Positions 10,474-19,444 of a stretch of DNA of 64,000 nucleotides are shown piece after piece. Made by a program: the position numbers and the translations under genes. The stretch spans positions 1,440-65,439 of the forward strand of contig DDUN01000036.1 of NCBI GenBank assembly GCA_002344825.1. Reading direction: 5' to 3'. The stretch comes from Candidatus Multiplicimicrobium inquinatum. Lineage in GTDB: Bacteria; Omnitrophota; Omnitrophia; Omnitrophales; Aquincolibacteriaceae. Under the pieces are notes generated by a model. That model saw nothing but the letters and a program-made list of their open reading frames with translations, ran no database searches and was not told the origin of the DNA. Numbering within the stretch: the first letter of the stretch is position 1; the number at the start of each line of letters is the position of its first letter.

Positions 10474-10596
10474 CCCGTTTTGTTTTCGCCTCTGCGCTAG
10501 CGCAACCGGCAGAAATCAGATACAAGTTGTTTTAAATAAGTTAATTGCGGTTGGGTAAATCCCAGAGCTATTAAAAATACAGTGTAAGGAAATTTT

Positions 10597-12282
10597 ATGG
10601 AATTAACAGGTGCGCAGATTTTAGTTAAATCATTGGAAGCCGAGGGAGTTGATTGCGTTTTCGGTCTGCCCGGCGGCGCGATTCTGCCGACTTTCGACGC
10701 GATTTATGATTCGAAGATCAAGTTCCATTTGGTGCGCCACGAACAGGGTGCTTCGCATATGGCCGATGCTTACGGCCGCGCAACGGGTAAGCCCGGCGTT
10801 TGTATCGTAACCTCGGGTCCTGCGGCCACCAATACCATCACCGGTTTGGCGACGGCTTACATGGACTCCGCACCGATGGTTTGCATCACCGGCCAAGTAG
10901 CGACAACCGCAATCGGTAGTGACGCTTTTCAGGAAGCGGACGTCGTCGGCGTTTCGCGTCCCGTAACCAAACACAATTATTTGATTAAAAATGTGAAAGA
11001 CATCTCACGCGTCGTAAAAGAAGCGTTTTATATCGCGCGCACCGGCCGCCCGGGCCCAGTTCTGATTGATTTTCCGGTGGATGTCAGCCGCGCGAAAGCG
11101 GAATACGAACCCGCAACTTCGGTGAAGCTGCGCGGATACAATCCCGAAAAAGCTTCGAATCCGGTAGATATGGATCAATTGCAGAAAGCCGCGGATTTGA
11201 TCAACGGCGCAAAACGCCCGTGTTTGTATGTCGGCGGCGGCGCGATCATTTCCAACGCCGAAAAAGAAGTGATGGAGCTGGTCGAAAAAACCGGCATTCC
11301 AATTACGACGACGGTTTTAGGTCTCGGCATTTTTCCCGAAACGCATCCTCTTTCATTGCGTATGCTCGGCATGCACGGAACGGTTTACGCGAATTACTCA
11401 GTTCAAAAATCGGACGTATTGATTGCCGTCGGCGCGCGTTTTGACGACCGCGTAACGGGACACATTCCGCGTTTCGCGCCGCACGCGAAAATCATTCACA
11501 TTGATATCGATCCTTCTTCAATTTCGAAGACGATCAAAGTCGATGTGGCGATTGAAGGCGACGTTAAGCAGGCTTTGGTTAAGCTCAATAAGATGGTGAA
11601 AAACCTCCGTCCCGCGACGAAGGAATGGATTGAGCAGATCAATGAATGGAAAGCCAAACATCCGCTGAAATATAAAAAAGAAGGCGGTATTCGCCAAGAA
11701 TATGTGATTGAACAGGTCGGTAACCTGACTAATCATAAAGCGCTTGTCGCAACCGGCGTTGGCCAGCATCAGATGTGGGCCGCGCAGTGGTACGGCTTCG
11801 CCGAACCGCGCAGTATGCTGACTTCCGGCGGGCTCGGAACCATGGGTTACGGTTTGCCGGCGGCTATCGGCGCGCAATGCGGACGCCCGGATAAAACCGT
11901 GGTGTGCTTTGACGGCGACGGTTCGTTTCAGATGACGATGTGCGAACTGGTGACCGCATCGCATTACAACATTCCGGTTAAATTGTTTTTGCTCGATAAC
12001 GGCTGGCACGGTATGGTGCGTCAGTGGCAGGAATTGTTCTATAAGGAACGTTATTCCGCTTCGCATCTTGAACCCTCGAATCCGGATTTTCCGAAACTGG
12101 TCGAAGCCTGCGGTGTGCGCGCGATTCAGTGCAAAACGAAAGAAGAAGTGATTCCGGCAATTAAAGAAGCACTCAAGCATAAAGGACCGGTCGTGGTTCA
12201 TTGCCTCGTCGAAAAGGCAGACAATGTTTATCCGATGGTTCCGGCCGGCCATGCGCTCGACCAAGTCATGGACATGGCGTAA
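10597..12282 (+). CDS. ilvB: acetolactate synthase large (catalytic) subunit
   Basis: 561 aa. It has a ThDP/FAD enzyme start (MELTGAQILVKSLEAEGVDCVFGLPGGAILP) and the ThDP-binding motif (GLGTMGYGLPAAIGA...DGDGSFQM). Confidence 0.95.
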   Translation: MELTGAQILVKSLEAEGVDCVFGLPGGAILPTFDAIYDSKIKFHLVRHEQGASHMADAYGRATGKPGVCIVTSGPAATNTITGLATAYMDSAPMVCITGQVATTAIGSDAFQEADVVGVSRPVTKHNYLIKNVKDISRVVKEAFYIARTGRPGPVLIDFPVDVSRAKAEYEPATSVKLRGYNPEKASNPVDMDQLQKAADLINGAKRPCLYVGGGAIISNAEKEVMELVEKTGIPITTTVLGLGIFPETHPLSLRMLGMHGTVYANYSVQKSDVLIAVGARFDDRVTGHIPRFAPHAKIIHIDIDPSSISKTIKVDVAIEGDVKQALVKLNKMVKNLRPATKEWIEQINEWKAKHPLKYKKEGGIRQEYVIEQVGNLTNHKALVATGVGQHQMWAAQWYGFAEPRSMLTSGGLGTMGYGLPAAIGAQCGRPDKTVVCFDGDGSFQMTMCELVTASHYNIPVKLFLLDNGWHGMVRQWQELFYKERYSASHLEPSNPDFPKLVEACGVRAIQCKTKEEVIPAIKEALKHKGPVVVHCLVEKADNVYPMVPAGHALDQVMDMA

Positions 12283-12321
12283 AAATTTGTGAAAAAGTCC
12301 TTTCGTTGCGTTAAACACATC

Positions 12322-12398
12322 GCTTTTTTGTGCGGCGTATTAGCAAAATACGCCTCCGCAGGCGCTTGTGTTCGCCTTACGAACGGAACTTTTTGACA
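12322..12398 (+). repeat. copy B of the structured intergenic repeat, 3' of ilvB
   Basis: GTGCGGCGTA-ttagcaaaa-TACGCCTCCGCAGGCGCTTG...CGCCTTac...aaCTTTTTGac. It shares the hairpin arms and the GCTTG/CGCCTT tail with copies A and C. Confidence 0.6.
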
Positions 12399-12500
12399 AA
12401 TTTTTGAATGATTTGAAATTTTAAATTAAAGAGAATAAAAACCGATTAAAAAAAGATCAGACGCAAGGCGTAAACGAGCAACCGAGGAGGTGTACTGTAA

Positions 12501-12563
12501 ATGTACATCGCACGAGCGTTGCGAAGTTTACAACGCAGCAGATGGCTTTTTTTAGCGGTTTGA
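12501..12563 (+). other. possible 20-codon upstream small ORF with strong SD, ending 9 nt before ilvN
   Basis: GGAGG at 12486-12490, 10 nt before ATG 12501. It encodes MYIARALRSLQRSRWLFLAV. It has no tandem Ile/Val/Leu run, so it is not a classical ilv leader peptide. Confidence 0.2.
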
Positions 12564-12572
12564 GGAAATAAT

Positions 12573-13190
12573 ATGCAGAAACATACGATCGCGGTCTTAG
12601 TTGAAAATCAGTTCGGCGTTCTTTGCCGTGTAGCGGGGCTTTTCTCTGCGCGCGGTTTTAACATCGACAGTTTAACCGTGGGCGAAACCCAGCATGCTGA
12701 TCTGTCGCGCATGACGGTGGTGGCCCGCGGTGATGAACGCGTCGTACAGCAGATCGTCCGTCAGCTTGATAAATTGATCGATGTGATTTCGATCGAAATT
12801 CTGAATCCTCAGGATTCGATTGACCGCGAACTCGTTCTGATCAAAGTGAAATCGGATCTTTCGAACCGCAACGATTTGATGGGCGTGGTGAATAACTTCC
12901 GCGGAAAAATCGTGGATGTTCAGGAAGATTCCATGACTTTGGAAGCGACTGGCACGGAAGCGAAAATTGACGCGATGCTCGAACTTCTCCGCGCTTTCGG
13001 CGTGATTGAAGTGGTGCGCACCGGCAAAATCGCGATTTCCCGCAAGGCTCCTTTGGATGCCCCGGAAGCGAAAGAAGTGGAAGTCGTGAAGGTGAAAAAG
13101 TCGGCTAAAGCCAAATCATCCGCAAAAGCTGCTACTAAGGGCGGCGACAAAAAAGCGAAGATGCAGGCGGGCACCGACACTTGGATGTGA
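12573..13190 (+). CDS. ilvN: acetolactate synthase small (regulatory) subunit with ~45 aa Lys/Ala-rich C-terminal extension
   Basis: The N-terminal ACT domain starts HTIAVLVENQFGVLCRVAGLFSARGFNIDSLTVGET, followed by the IlvH C-terminal domain. The tail is ...KVKKSAKAKSSAKAATKGGDKKAKMQAGTDTWM. Confidence 0.85.
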   Translation: MQKHTIAVLVENQFGVLCRVAGLFSARGFNIDSLTVGETQHADLSRMTVVARGDERVVQQIVRQLDKLIDVISIEILNPQDSIDRELVLIKVKSDLSNRNDLMGVVNNFRGKIVDVQEDSMTLEATGTEAKIDAMLELLRAFGVIEVVRTGKIAISRKAPLDAPEAKEVEVVKVKKSAKAKSSAKAATKGGDKKAKMQAGTDTWM

Positions 13191-13218
13191 TCGCTTCGCG
13201 ATCACATCATCATGTTTT

Positions 13219-13243
13219 GCAATTTCAGACGAGCTGAAATTGC
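13219..13243 (+). other. 10 bp perfect hairpin in the ilvN-ilvC spacer
   Basis: gcaatttcag-acgag-ctgaaattgc, with a T7 run 10 nt downstream. This could be a partial terminator or an RNA-stability element. Confidence 0.35.
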
Positions 13244-13301
13244 GGGACAGCAAATATTTTTTTGAAACTGAAAATTAAAATAGAGAGAGAAGAATAAGAA
13301 A

Positions 13302-14366
13302 ATGGCAAAGATTTATTACGACAAAGACGCTGATTTGGGATTCTTAAAAGGTAAAACCGTTGCTATCGTGGGCTACGGTATTCAAGGCCGCGGACAGGGG
13401 CTCAACCTTCGTGATTCCGGCGTCAAAGTCATTGTGGCACAGCGCCCGGGCGGAAAGAATTATGATTTGGCAATTCAGGATGGGTTTAAGCCCGTTTCCG
13501 CGGAAGAAGCCGCGCAAAAGGCCGATATCATCCAGATTTTGACGCAGGATCATTTGCAGGCGCAGATCTATAAGGAAAGCATCGAACCCTATTTGAAGCC
13601 CGGCAAAGCATTGCTTTTCTCACATGGTTTTAATGTTCACTTCGGCTATATCAAACCGCCTAAGAACATTGACGTGTTCATGGTTGCTCCGAAGGGTCCG
13701 GGCGCTTTGGTTCGTACTCAGTATCTCGCGGGCGGCGGTGTGCCGGCGCTTGTCGCGATTTATCAGAATGCCAGCGGCAAAGCTTTGAAGCTTGCTTTGG
13801 CTTATGCGAAAGCTATCGGCGGAACACGCGCGGGCGTGATTCAGACGAACTTTAAAGAAGAAACCGAAACCGATCTTTTCGGCGAACAGGCTGTTTTGTG
13901 CGGCGGTTTGTCGGAGCTTATCCGTAACGGTTATGAAGTTTTGGTGGAAGCCGGCTATCAGCCCGAAATGGCTTACTTTGAATGTCTGCATGAAGTGAAA
14001 TTGATCACGGACGCGATTTTCATCGAAGGTATCAGCGGTATGCACCGCCGCGTTTCCGACACGGCTGAATACGGAGATTACTCGCGCGGAAAACGCGTTG
14101 TGCCTGCTTCGGCAAAGAAGGAAATGAAAAAGATTTTGAAAGAAGTTCAAACGGGTGCTTTTGCGCGCGAGTGGATGGAAGAAAATCGCACCGGCCGTAA
14201 AAAGTATAACGCTTATCGCAAAGAAGCCGATAATCATGACATTGAAAAGGTCGGCGCGCGACTTCGCGGCATGATGCAGTGGATTAAGAACTCGAGCTCC
14301 CTAGCACAGAATACAAAGAAGAAGGCGGGGGCGAAAAAGCGTAAACCGGCGCTTGCAGCTCGATAA
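13302..14366 (+). CDS. ilvC: ketol-acid reductoisomerase (class I) with short Lys-rich C-terminal tail
   Basis: 354 aa. MAKIYYDKDADLGFLKGKTVAIVGYGIQGRGQGLNLRDSG is the class I KARI N-terminus. The tail is ...NTKKKAGAKKRKPALAAR. Confidence 0.95.
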   Translation: MAKIYYDKDADLGFLKGKTVAIVGYGIQGRGQGLNLRDSGVKVIVAQRPGGKNYDLAIQDGFKPVSAEEAAQKADIIQILTQDHLQAQIYKESIEPYLKPGKALLFSHGFNVHFGYIKPPKNIDVFMVAPKGPGALVRTQYLAGGGVPALVAIYQNASGKALKLALAYAKAIGGTRAGVIQTNFKEETETDLFGEQAVLCGGLSELIRNGYEVLVEAGYQPEMAYFECLHEVKLITDAIFIEGISGMHRRVSDTAEYGDYSRGKRVVPASAKKEMKKILKEVQTGAFAREWMEENRTGRKKYNAYRKEADNHDIEKVGARLRGMMQWIKNSSSLAQNTKKKAGAKKRKPALAAR

Positions 14367-14388
14367 AACAAACTAGTTTTGCTTTTAA

Positions 14389-14428
14389 AACCGCCTCTTC
14401 TTAATAAGAAGGGGCGGTTCTTTTTTTA
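14389..14428 (+). terminator. intrinsic terminator after ilvC
   Basis: ccgcctcttc-ttaataa-gaaggggcgg stem followed by ttcttttttt. Confidence 0.8.
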
Positions 14429-14480
14429 GGGTCGATTTACTCTAAAAATCGAATTGCGATAAAATTTCAAAGGGATATTT

Positions 14481-16028
14481 ATGAAAGACACGAAACGTAG
14501 AATTTATATTTTTGATACGACATTGCGCGACGGCGAACAATCGCCGGGGGCGTCTTTGACGCCGGATGAGAAATTAAAGATCGCTAAACAGCTCGAGCGT
14601 TTGGGCGTGGATGTCATCGAAGCCGGTTTTCCGGCTTCATCGCCCGGTGAAATGAAAGCGGTGGATATGATCGCGCGCACTTTGACCAAGCCGGTCATTT
14701 GCGGTTTAGCCCGCATGATGCCGCGCGACATTGACGCCGCGCGCAAGGCTTTGGAAAACGCAAAGAAAAAGCGTTTGCATGTTTTTTTGGCGACATCGCA
14801 GATTCATCGCGAATTCAAATTGAAAAAAGACAAAAAAGAAGTTCTGAAAATGATCGCGGAGCAGATTCGTTCGGCAAAAAAAGATTTCAAGCAAATCGAA
14901 TTTTCGCCGGAAGACGCGTCGCGTACGGAGCGGGACTTTTTGCATCAGGTGGTACGTGCCGCGATTGACGCGGGCGCAACTTCGATCAATGTTCCCGATA
15001 CGGTGGGCTATACCGTGCCGCATGAATTCAATGATGTCATCAGCGGTTTGGTTAAAAAAATGCCGGAATTGGGCAAGCAAGTGGTTTTGTCAGTGCATTG
15101 TCATAATGACTTGGGTTTGGCAGTAGCGAACTCATTGGCCGCGGTGCAAGCGGGCGCTAATCAGGTGGAATGCACTGTCAATGGCATCGGAGAGCGCGCG
15201 GGCAATGCTTCTTTAGAAGAAATTGTGATGGCGATGGATACGCGTAAAGATTTTTTTAATTGCACGACCGGCGTGAATACCAAAGAAATCATGAAGTCGT
15301 CCCGTTTGGTGTCACATTTGACGGGCATGGTGGTTCAGCCGAATAAAGCGATTGTCGGACGTAATGCTTTTTGGCACGCGTCGGGCATTCATCAGGATGG
15401 AGTCCTTAAGAAGCGCCAAACTTATGAAATTATGGACCCAAAAAAAATCGGGTTGGCGAGCAACAACATCATGCTGGGTAAGTTGTCCGGCCGGAATGCT
15501 TTTGCCGCGCGTATCAAAAAAATTGGTTTTAATTTGAAGTCCGCTGATTTGGATATTGCGTTCGCAAAATTCAAACAGTTGGCCGATAAAAAGAAATATG
15601 TTTTTGATGAAGACTTAGAAGTGTTGTTGCAGGATCAGGCCGGACCCACCTCCGACACTTGGATGCTGAAAGACATGCGTGTCGTTTCTGAGTCGGGTAA
15701 GAAATCGGACGCGCGTATTGAATTAAGCCGCGACGGTAAAGTGCATGAAGCGGAAGTCGTCGGCGATGGTCCTGTGGATGCTTGCTATAAAGCGATTGAG
15801 AAAATTATCGGTTCCGGCGCTAAGGTCGCGCATTACGGCATTCAGGCTGTCACGGGTGGGATGGACGCCCAAGGTGAGGTGACCGTGAAGCTTTTAATCA
15901 GCGGCAAGGAAGTGTCGGGTCGCGGAACGAGCACGGACATTCTTGAAGCGAGCGTGCGTGCTTATCTGTTCGCGATCAATAAGGTCGCGGCGCATGGACT
16001 GCCAAAGCAAAGCGCGCAGCATCTGTGA
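14481..16028 (+). CDS. leuA: 2-isopropylmalate synthase
   Basis: 515 aa. IFDTTLRDGEQSPGASLT and HCHNDLGLAVANSLAAVQAGA are the conserved DRE-TIM motifs, and the C-terminal LeuA regulatory domain is present. Confidence 0.95.
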   Translation: MKDTKRRIYIFDTTLRDGEQSPGASLTPDEKLKIAKQLERLGVDVIEAGFPASSPGEMKAVDMIARTLTKPVICGLARMMPRDIDAARKALENAKKKRLHVFLATSQIHREFKLKKDKKEVLKMIAEQIRSAKKDFKQIEFSPEDASRTERDFLHQVVRAAIDAGATSINVPDTVGYTVPHEFNDVISGLVKKMPELGKQVVLSVHCHNDLGLAVANSLAAVQAGANQVECTVNGIGERAGNASLEEIVMAMDTRKDFFNCTTGVNTKEIMKSSRLVSHLTGMVVQPNKAIVGRNAFWHASGIHQDGVLKKRQTYEIMDPKKIGLASNNIMLGKLSGRNAFAARIKKIGFNLKSADLDIAFAKFKQLADKKKYVFDEDLEVLLQDQAGPTSDTWMLKDMRVVSESGKKSDARIELSRDGKVHEAEVVGDGPVDACYKAIEKIIGSGAKVAHYGIQAVTGGMDAQGEVTVKLLISGKEVSGRGTSTDILEASVRAYLFAINKVAAHGLPKQSAQHL

Positions 16029-16051
16029 CACTGTAATATAAAAGGCTCTGT

Positions 16052-16074
16052 ACGGCTGCTTGATAAGCAGCCGT
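16052..16074 (+). other. perfect 10 bp stem hairpin 24 nt after leuA stop (no U-tract)
   Basis: acggctgctt-gat-aagcagccgt. Without a T-run it may be a processing or stability element rather than an intrinsic terminator. Confidence 0.35.
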
Positions 16075-16147
16075 GCAACCGCTTAAGCCCCCGAGCGATT
16101 ACAAATGCAATCGGCTCGACCGGGGATACAAACCAGAATTAAGGGTA

Positions 16148-17014
16148 ATGGATAAGAAACTAGATTTGTATGGTATTTTCGGGCATCCGCTAGCCCATAC
16201 GCTTTCGCCTGTGTTTCAAGAGGCAGGCATGCAAAAAGCCGGTCTGTTAGCGCATTATTTGGTTTTTGATTTCAGTGAACCTGTTTTTAAAAAAACCATG
16301 CGCTTGCTGAAAAAAATTCCGCTCAAAGGGTTCAACCTCACCGTTCCTTATAAGCAAACCGTGATTCCTTATTTAGATTGGCTGACCGATTCCGCGCGCG
16401 CAATCGGTGCCGTGAACACAGTGTATCGCTTCGGAAAAAAATGGTATGGCACCAACACAGACGCGGAAGGTTTTTGGCTTTCACTGAAAAAGGAATGGAA
16501 TTGGAAGCCCAAGGGAAAATCTGTTTTGGTAATCGGAGCCGGCGGCGCGGCAAGAGCGGTGGTTTATGCTTTAGCATCGCGCGGCGCGCGAACGATTGCG
16601 GTATCAAACCGCACCGAATCCCGCGCCCAGGATTTAATTGCCGCGTTCAAAAAACTGTTTCCCAAGACGGAGTTCTTTTCGACGTCTCTTGCGTCAAAGA
16701 AAGATCTGACCGCATTTGATTTGATCGTGAACACGACTTCGGCAGGTCTGAAAAAAAATGATCCGCTCATCTTGCCGGCGAAGTTGATTCCCTCCGCGAG
16801 GGAAGGTAAAAAATATTTCGTGGATCTTATCTATAATCCGGCCGAAACGCCGTTTTTAAAAGCTGCTCGTCAAAAGGGCCATAAAACTTTAAATGGATTG
16901 TCCATGTTGCTTTATCAGGGCGCGCGTGCGTTTGAAATTTGGACGGGGAAAAAGGCGCCGATTGAGACGATGCGTTCCGCTTTAATTCAAACGCTGAAAG
17001 ATTCTAAGAAATGA
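16148..17014 (+). CDS. aroE: shikimate dehydrogenase
   Basis: MDKKLDLYGIFGHPLAHTLSPVFQ is the AroE start. The ORF track opens 25 codons earlier at 16073, which I judge a non-coding in-frame extension. The SVLVIGAGGAARAVVYAL NADP-site motif is present. Confidence 0.85.
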   Translation: MDKKLDLYGIFGHPLAHTLSPVFQEAGMQKAGLLAHYLVFDFSEPVFKKTMRLLKKIPLKGFNLTVPYKQTVIPYLDWLTDSARAIGAVNTVYRFGKKWYGTNTDAEGFWLSLKKEWNWKPKGKSVLVIGAGGAARAVVYALASRGARTIAVSNRTESRAQDLIAAFKKLFPKTEFFSTSLASKKDLTAFDLIVNTTSAGLKKNDPLILPAKLIPSAREGKKYFVDLIYNPAETPFLKAARQKGHKTLNGLSMLLYQGARAFEIWTGKKAPIETMRSALIQTLKDSKK

Positions 17015-17820
17015 TTCTTGCTTTGGTTTTTATTTACGGCGCGATGATCGGAAGTTTTTTAAATGTCTGCATTTACCGCATGCCGCGGGAAATGTCCGTG
17101 GCCAAGCCGGCACGGTCTTTTTGCCCCGAGTGCCAAAAGCAAATTCCTTGGTATTTGAACCTTCCCTTGATTTCCTACTTGTGGCTGCGAGGACAATGTG
17201 CGTTTTGTAAAACGAAGATTCCGCTCAGGTATTTTGGCGTTGAACTCGCGACCGCACTGATGTTTGTCGGGCTGTGGTATCTAAGCGAGGGGAGTCTTAT
17301 TCTGTTCGTGATGCGTGCGGTTTTCATGAGCATGATCATGGTTGTGATCATGACTGATTTTGAAATGAAGTTTATTCCCGACTTAATCACATTTCCCGGG
17401 ATGGCGCTCGGACTGTTTTTCAGCCTTGTTCCGGGAGGGATTTTTGAGCAAAGCTTGTGGTATCATAGGCTTGCGCAATCAGCTTTAGGGCTGATAGGGG
17501 GCTATGGCTTTTTGTTTATAACCGCTTTACTCGGAAATTGGCTTTTTAAAAAAGAAAGCATGGGTGGCGGCGATTTAAAGTTGATGGGCATGATGGGCGC
17601 GTTTATCGGATTGCCCAAGATATTTTATGTTTTTATGCTGGCGCCTTTTATCGCGCTTCCTTTTGCGCTTTGGTATAAGTATGCGAAGAAATCTTCCGAA
17701 TCGGAAGAGGAACGCGAACAGGTTCCTTTCGGGCCTTTTCTCGCATTTTGGGGCGCGGCGTTTTTTCTCTATGGAGATGTTTTAATGAATTTTATTAATC
17801 AAATTTACGGGGTATCGTAA
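17011..17820 (+). CDS. pilD: type IV prepilin peptidase / leader peptidase (A24 family)
   Basis: 269 aa. The N-terminus has the Zn-binding tetracysteine (CPECQKQIP...CAFCKTKIP). It is a polytopic membrane protein, and its 4 nt overlap with aroE (ATGA) indicates translational coupling. Confidence 0.85.
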   Translation: MILALVFIYGAMIGSFLNVCIYRMPREMSVAKPARSFCPECQKQIPWYLNLPLISYLWLRGQCAFCKTKIPLRYFGVELATALMFVGLWYLSEGSLILFVMRAVFMSMIMVVIMTDFEMKFIPDLITFPGMALGLFFSLVPGGIFEQSLWYHRLAQSALGLIGGYGFLFITALLGNWLFKKESMGGGDLKLMGMMGAFIGLPKIFYVFMLAPFIALPFALWYKYAKKSSESEEEREQVPFGPFLAFWGAAFFLYGDVLMNFINQIYGVS

Positions 17821-18941
17821 TGTTGAAATATGTGACTACGGGCGAATCTCACGGACAGCATATGGCCGCGATCTTGGAAGGTTTTCCGAGCGGGCTTAAA
17901 ATGGACATGGAGTATATCAACTCCGAATTGCGCCGTCGGCAGGGCGGATACGGACGCGGCGGACGTCAGAAAATTGAAACAGATACGGTGAATCTGATGG
18001 GAGGCGTCATAAAAGGCCTTTCCACCGGCGCGCCGCTTGGATTTTTACTGACGAACGCGGATTTTAAAATTGAATCTATGCCCGAACTTTTTCGTCCCCG
18101 TCCGGGGCACGCGGACTTAAACGGAGCGCTCAAATACGCACAGGGAATTCGCCCGATTTTGGAACGTGCCAGCGCGCGTGAGACTGTGATGCGCGTGGCA
18201 GTGGGCGCGGTTTGTAAATTGTTTTTGAAGCAATTCGGTATTGAAGTCGCGAGTCATGTGATTCGCATCGGAAAAGCCGCTTTACCAAACGATGCGGAGC
18301 CGACGGTTGATCAAATCCGCGAAAAAACAAAAAACTCCGAAGTGAATTGCATTTGTCCTGAAACCGAAAAGAAAATGATCGCGGAAGTGGATGAAGCCCG
18401 ACGTCAAAAAAATACGGCCGGCGGAAAATTTGAAGTGCGCGTTTCAGGTGTTCCGATCGGCTTGGGTTCTTTTGTGCATTTTGAGCGTAAGCTCGACGGA
18501 CAACTCGCCATGATCATGATGAGTATGCAGTCGATTAAAGCGGTTGAAATTGGTTCGGGCACTTTGGTCGGCGAAGTATTCGGCTCCGAAGCGCATGATG
18601 AAATTTTTCATGACCCGAAAAAAGGGTATTACCACAAAACAAACCGCTGCGGCGGTATTGAAGGCGGTATGTCCAACGGTTCCGACATTGTCGTGCGCGC
18701 GACAATGAAGCCGATCTCGACTTTAGGTCAGCCCTTAGCTTCGGTAAATATGCAAACCAAGCAGGCAGAGCGCGCGGAATACGAAAGATCCGATATTTGC
18801 GCGGTGCCCGCCGGCGCGGTTATCGGAGAGTCGTTGGTGGCTTATATTATCGCGGGTTCCTTCCTTGAAAAATTTGGCGGCGATTCCATTTCTGAAATCC
18901 GCCGTAATTACGAAGGTTACTTAAAACAAATTTCGGCTTAA
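17820..18941 (+). CDS. aroC: chorismate synthase
   Basis: 373 aa. TTGESHGQHMAAILEGFPSGL and RRRQGGYGRGGRQKIE are AroC signatures. Its start overlaps the pilD stop (TAATG). Confidence 0.95.
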   Translation: MLKYVTTGESHGQHMAAILEGFPSGLKMDMEYINSELRRRQGGYGRGGRQKIETDTVNLMGGVIKGLSTGAPLGFLLTNADFKIESMPELFRPRPGHADLNGALKYAQGIRPILERASARETVMRVAVGAVCKLFLKQFGIEVASHVIRIGKAALPNDAEPTVDQIREKTKNSEVNCICPETEKKMIAEVDEARRQKNTAGGKFEVRVSGVPIGLGSFVHFERKLDGQLAMIMMSMQSIKAVEIGSGTLVGEVFGSEAHDEIFHDPKKGYYHKTNRCGGIEGGMSNGSDIVVRATMKPISTLGQPLASVNMQTKQAERAEYERSDICAVPAGAVIGESLVAYIIAGSFLEKFGGDSISEIRRNYEGYLKQISA

Positions 18942-19444
18942 TGAAGAACATCTATCTGATCGGCATGATGGGGTCGGGAAAAACTTCAACGGCTCGTGAA
19001 TTGTCCGCGCTTCTCAGTATGCCCTTAATTGATTTGGATGCCGAGCTTGAAATGAAAAGTGGTAAAAAAATCGCCGAAATCTTCCGTGAAAAAGGGGAGG
19101 ATTGGTTCCGTGATACCGAAACTAGCATTCTGACGCGGTATCCTGCGGATACAAGCGCGGTATTTGCGACGGGCGGCGGGGTTGTGATCCGTGAAGAGAA
19201 CCGGGAATGGATGCGTGCCTGCGGAACGGTTGTTTATCTGGAAACTGACCTTGAAGATTTATGGAAGCGGGTTTCAAAAGAAACAGGCCGACCGCTTTTG
19301 GAAGATTTTGATCCGAAACAAAAATTGATGTCGATTTTAAACACGCGTCAGCCGCTTTATGAAGATTGCGCAAATGTCCGGGTTGTTACGAACGGAAAAA
19401 CACCGCGGGAAGTCGCCGTTGAAATTGAAAAGAAACTGAAATGA
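18941..19444 (+). CDS. aroK: shikimate kinase
   Basis: 167 aa with a Walker A motif (IGMMGSGKTST) and an AroK-like fold. Confidence 0.9.
   Translation: MKNIYLIGMMGSGKTSTARELSALLSMPLIDLDAELEMKSGKKIAEIFREKGEDWFRDTETSILTRYPADTSAVFATGGGVVIREENREWMRACGTVVYLETDLEDLWKRVSKETGRPLLEDFDPKQKLMSILNTRQPLYEDCANVRVVTNGKTPREVAVEIEKKLK

Noticed and set aside
10546-10567. A 23 nt near-repeat: gcggttgggtaaatcccagagc (upstream of ilvB) versus gcggttgggtgaaacccagagcc at 37445-37468 (upstream of pirin).
   Set aside because: A 20/23 match in opposite orientations relative to the downstream genes. A rough estimate gives several such pairs expected by chance in 2 x 64 kb. No supporting structure beyond a 4-5 bp hairpin.
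11518-12318. Long antisense ORFs inside ilvB (266 aa), copA (44748-45515, 255 aa), the CPA2 antiporter (2777-3517), DsbD (5615-6199) and others.
   Set aside because: Shadow ORFs on the opposite strand of strongly supported genes. Their composition is low-complexity and they carry no recognisable motifs.
12501-12563. ilv attenuator leader peptide.
   Set aside because: The peptide lacks tandem branched-chain codons, and I did not identify alternative terminator/antiterminator pairings. It is kept only as a low-confidence uORF.
16073-16147. A 25-codon N-terminal extension of aroE. The same applies to the 51-codon extension of the nitroreductase at 38795-38947.
   Set aside because: The extensions are non-homologous. 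Internal Met codons give canonical N-termini.
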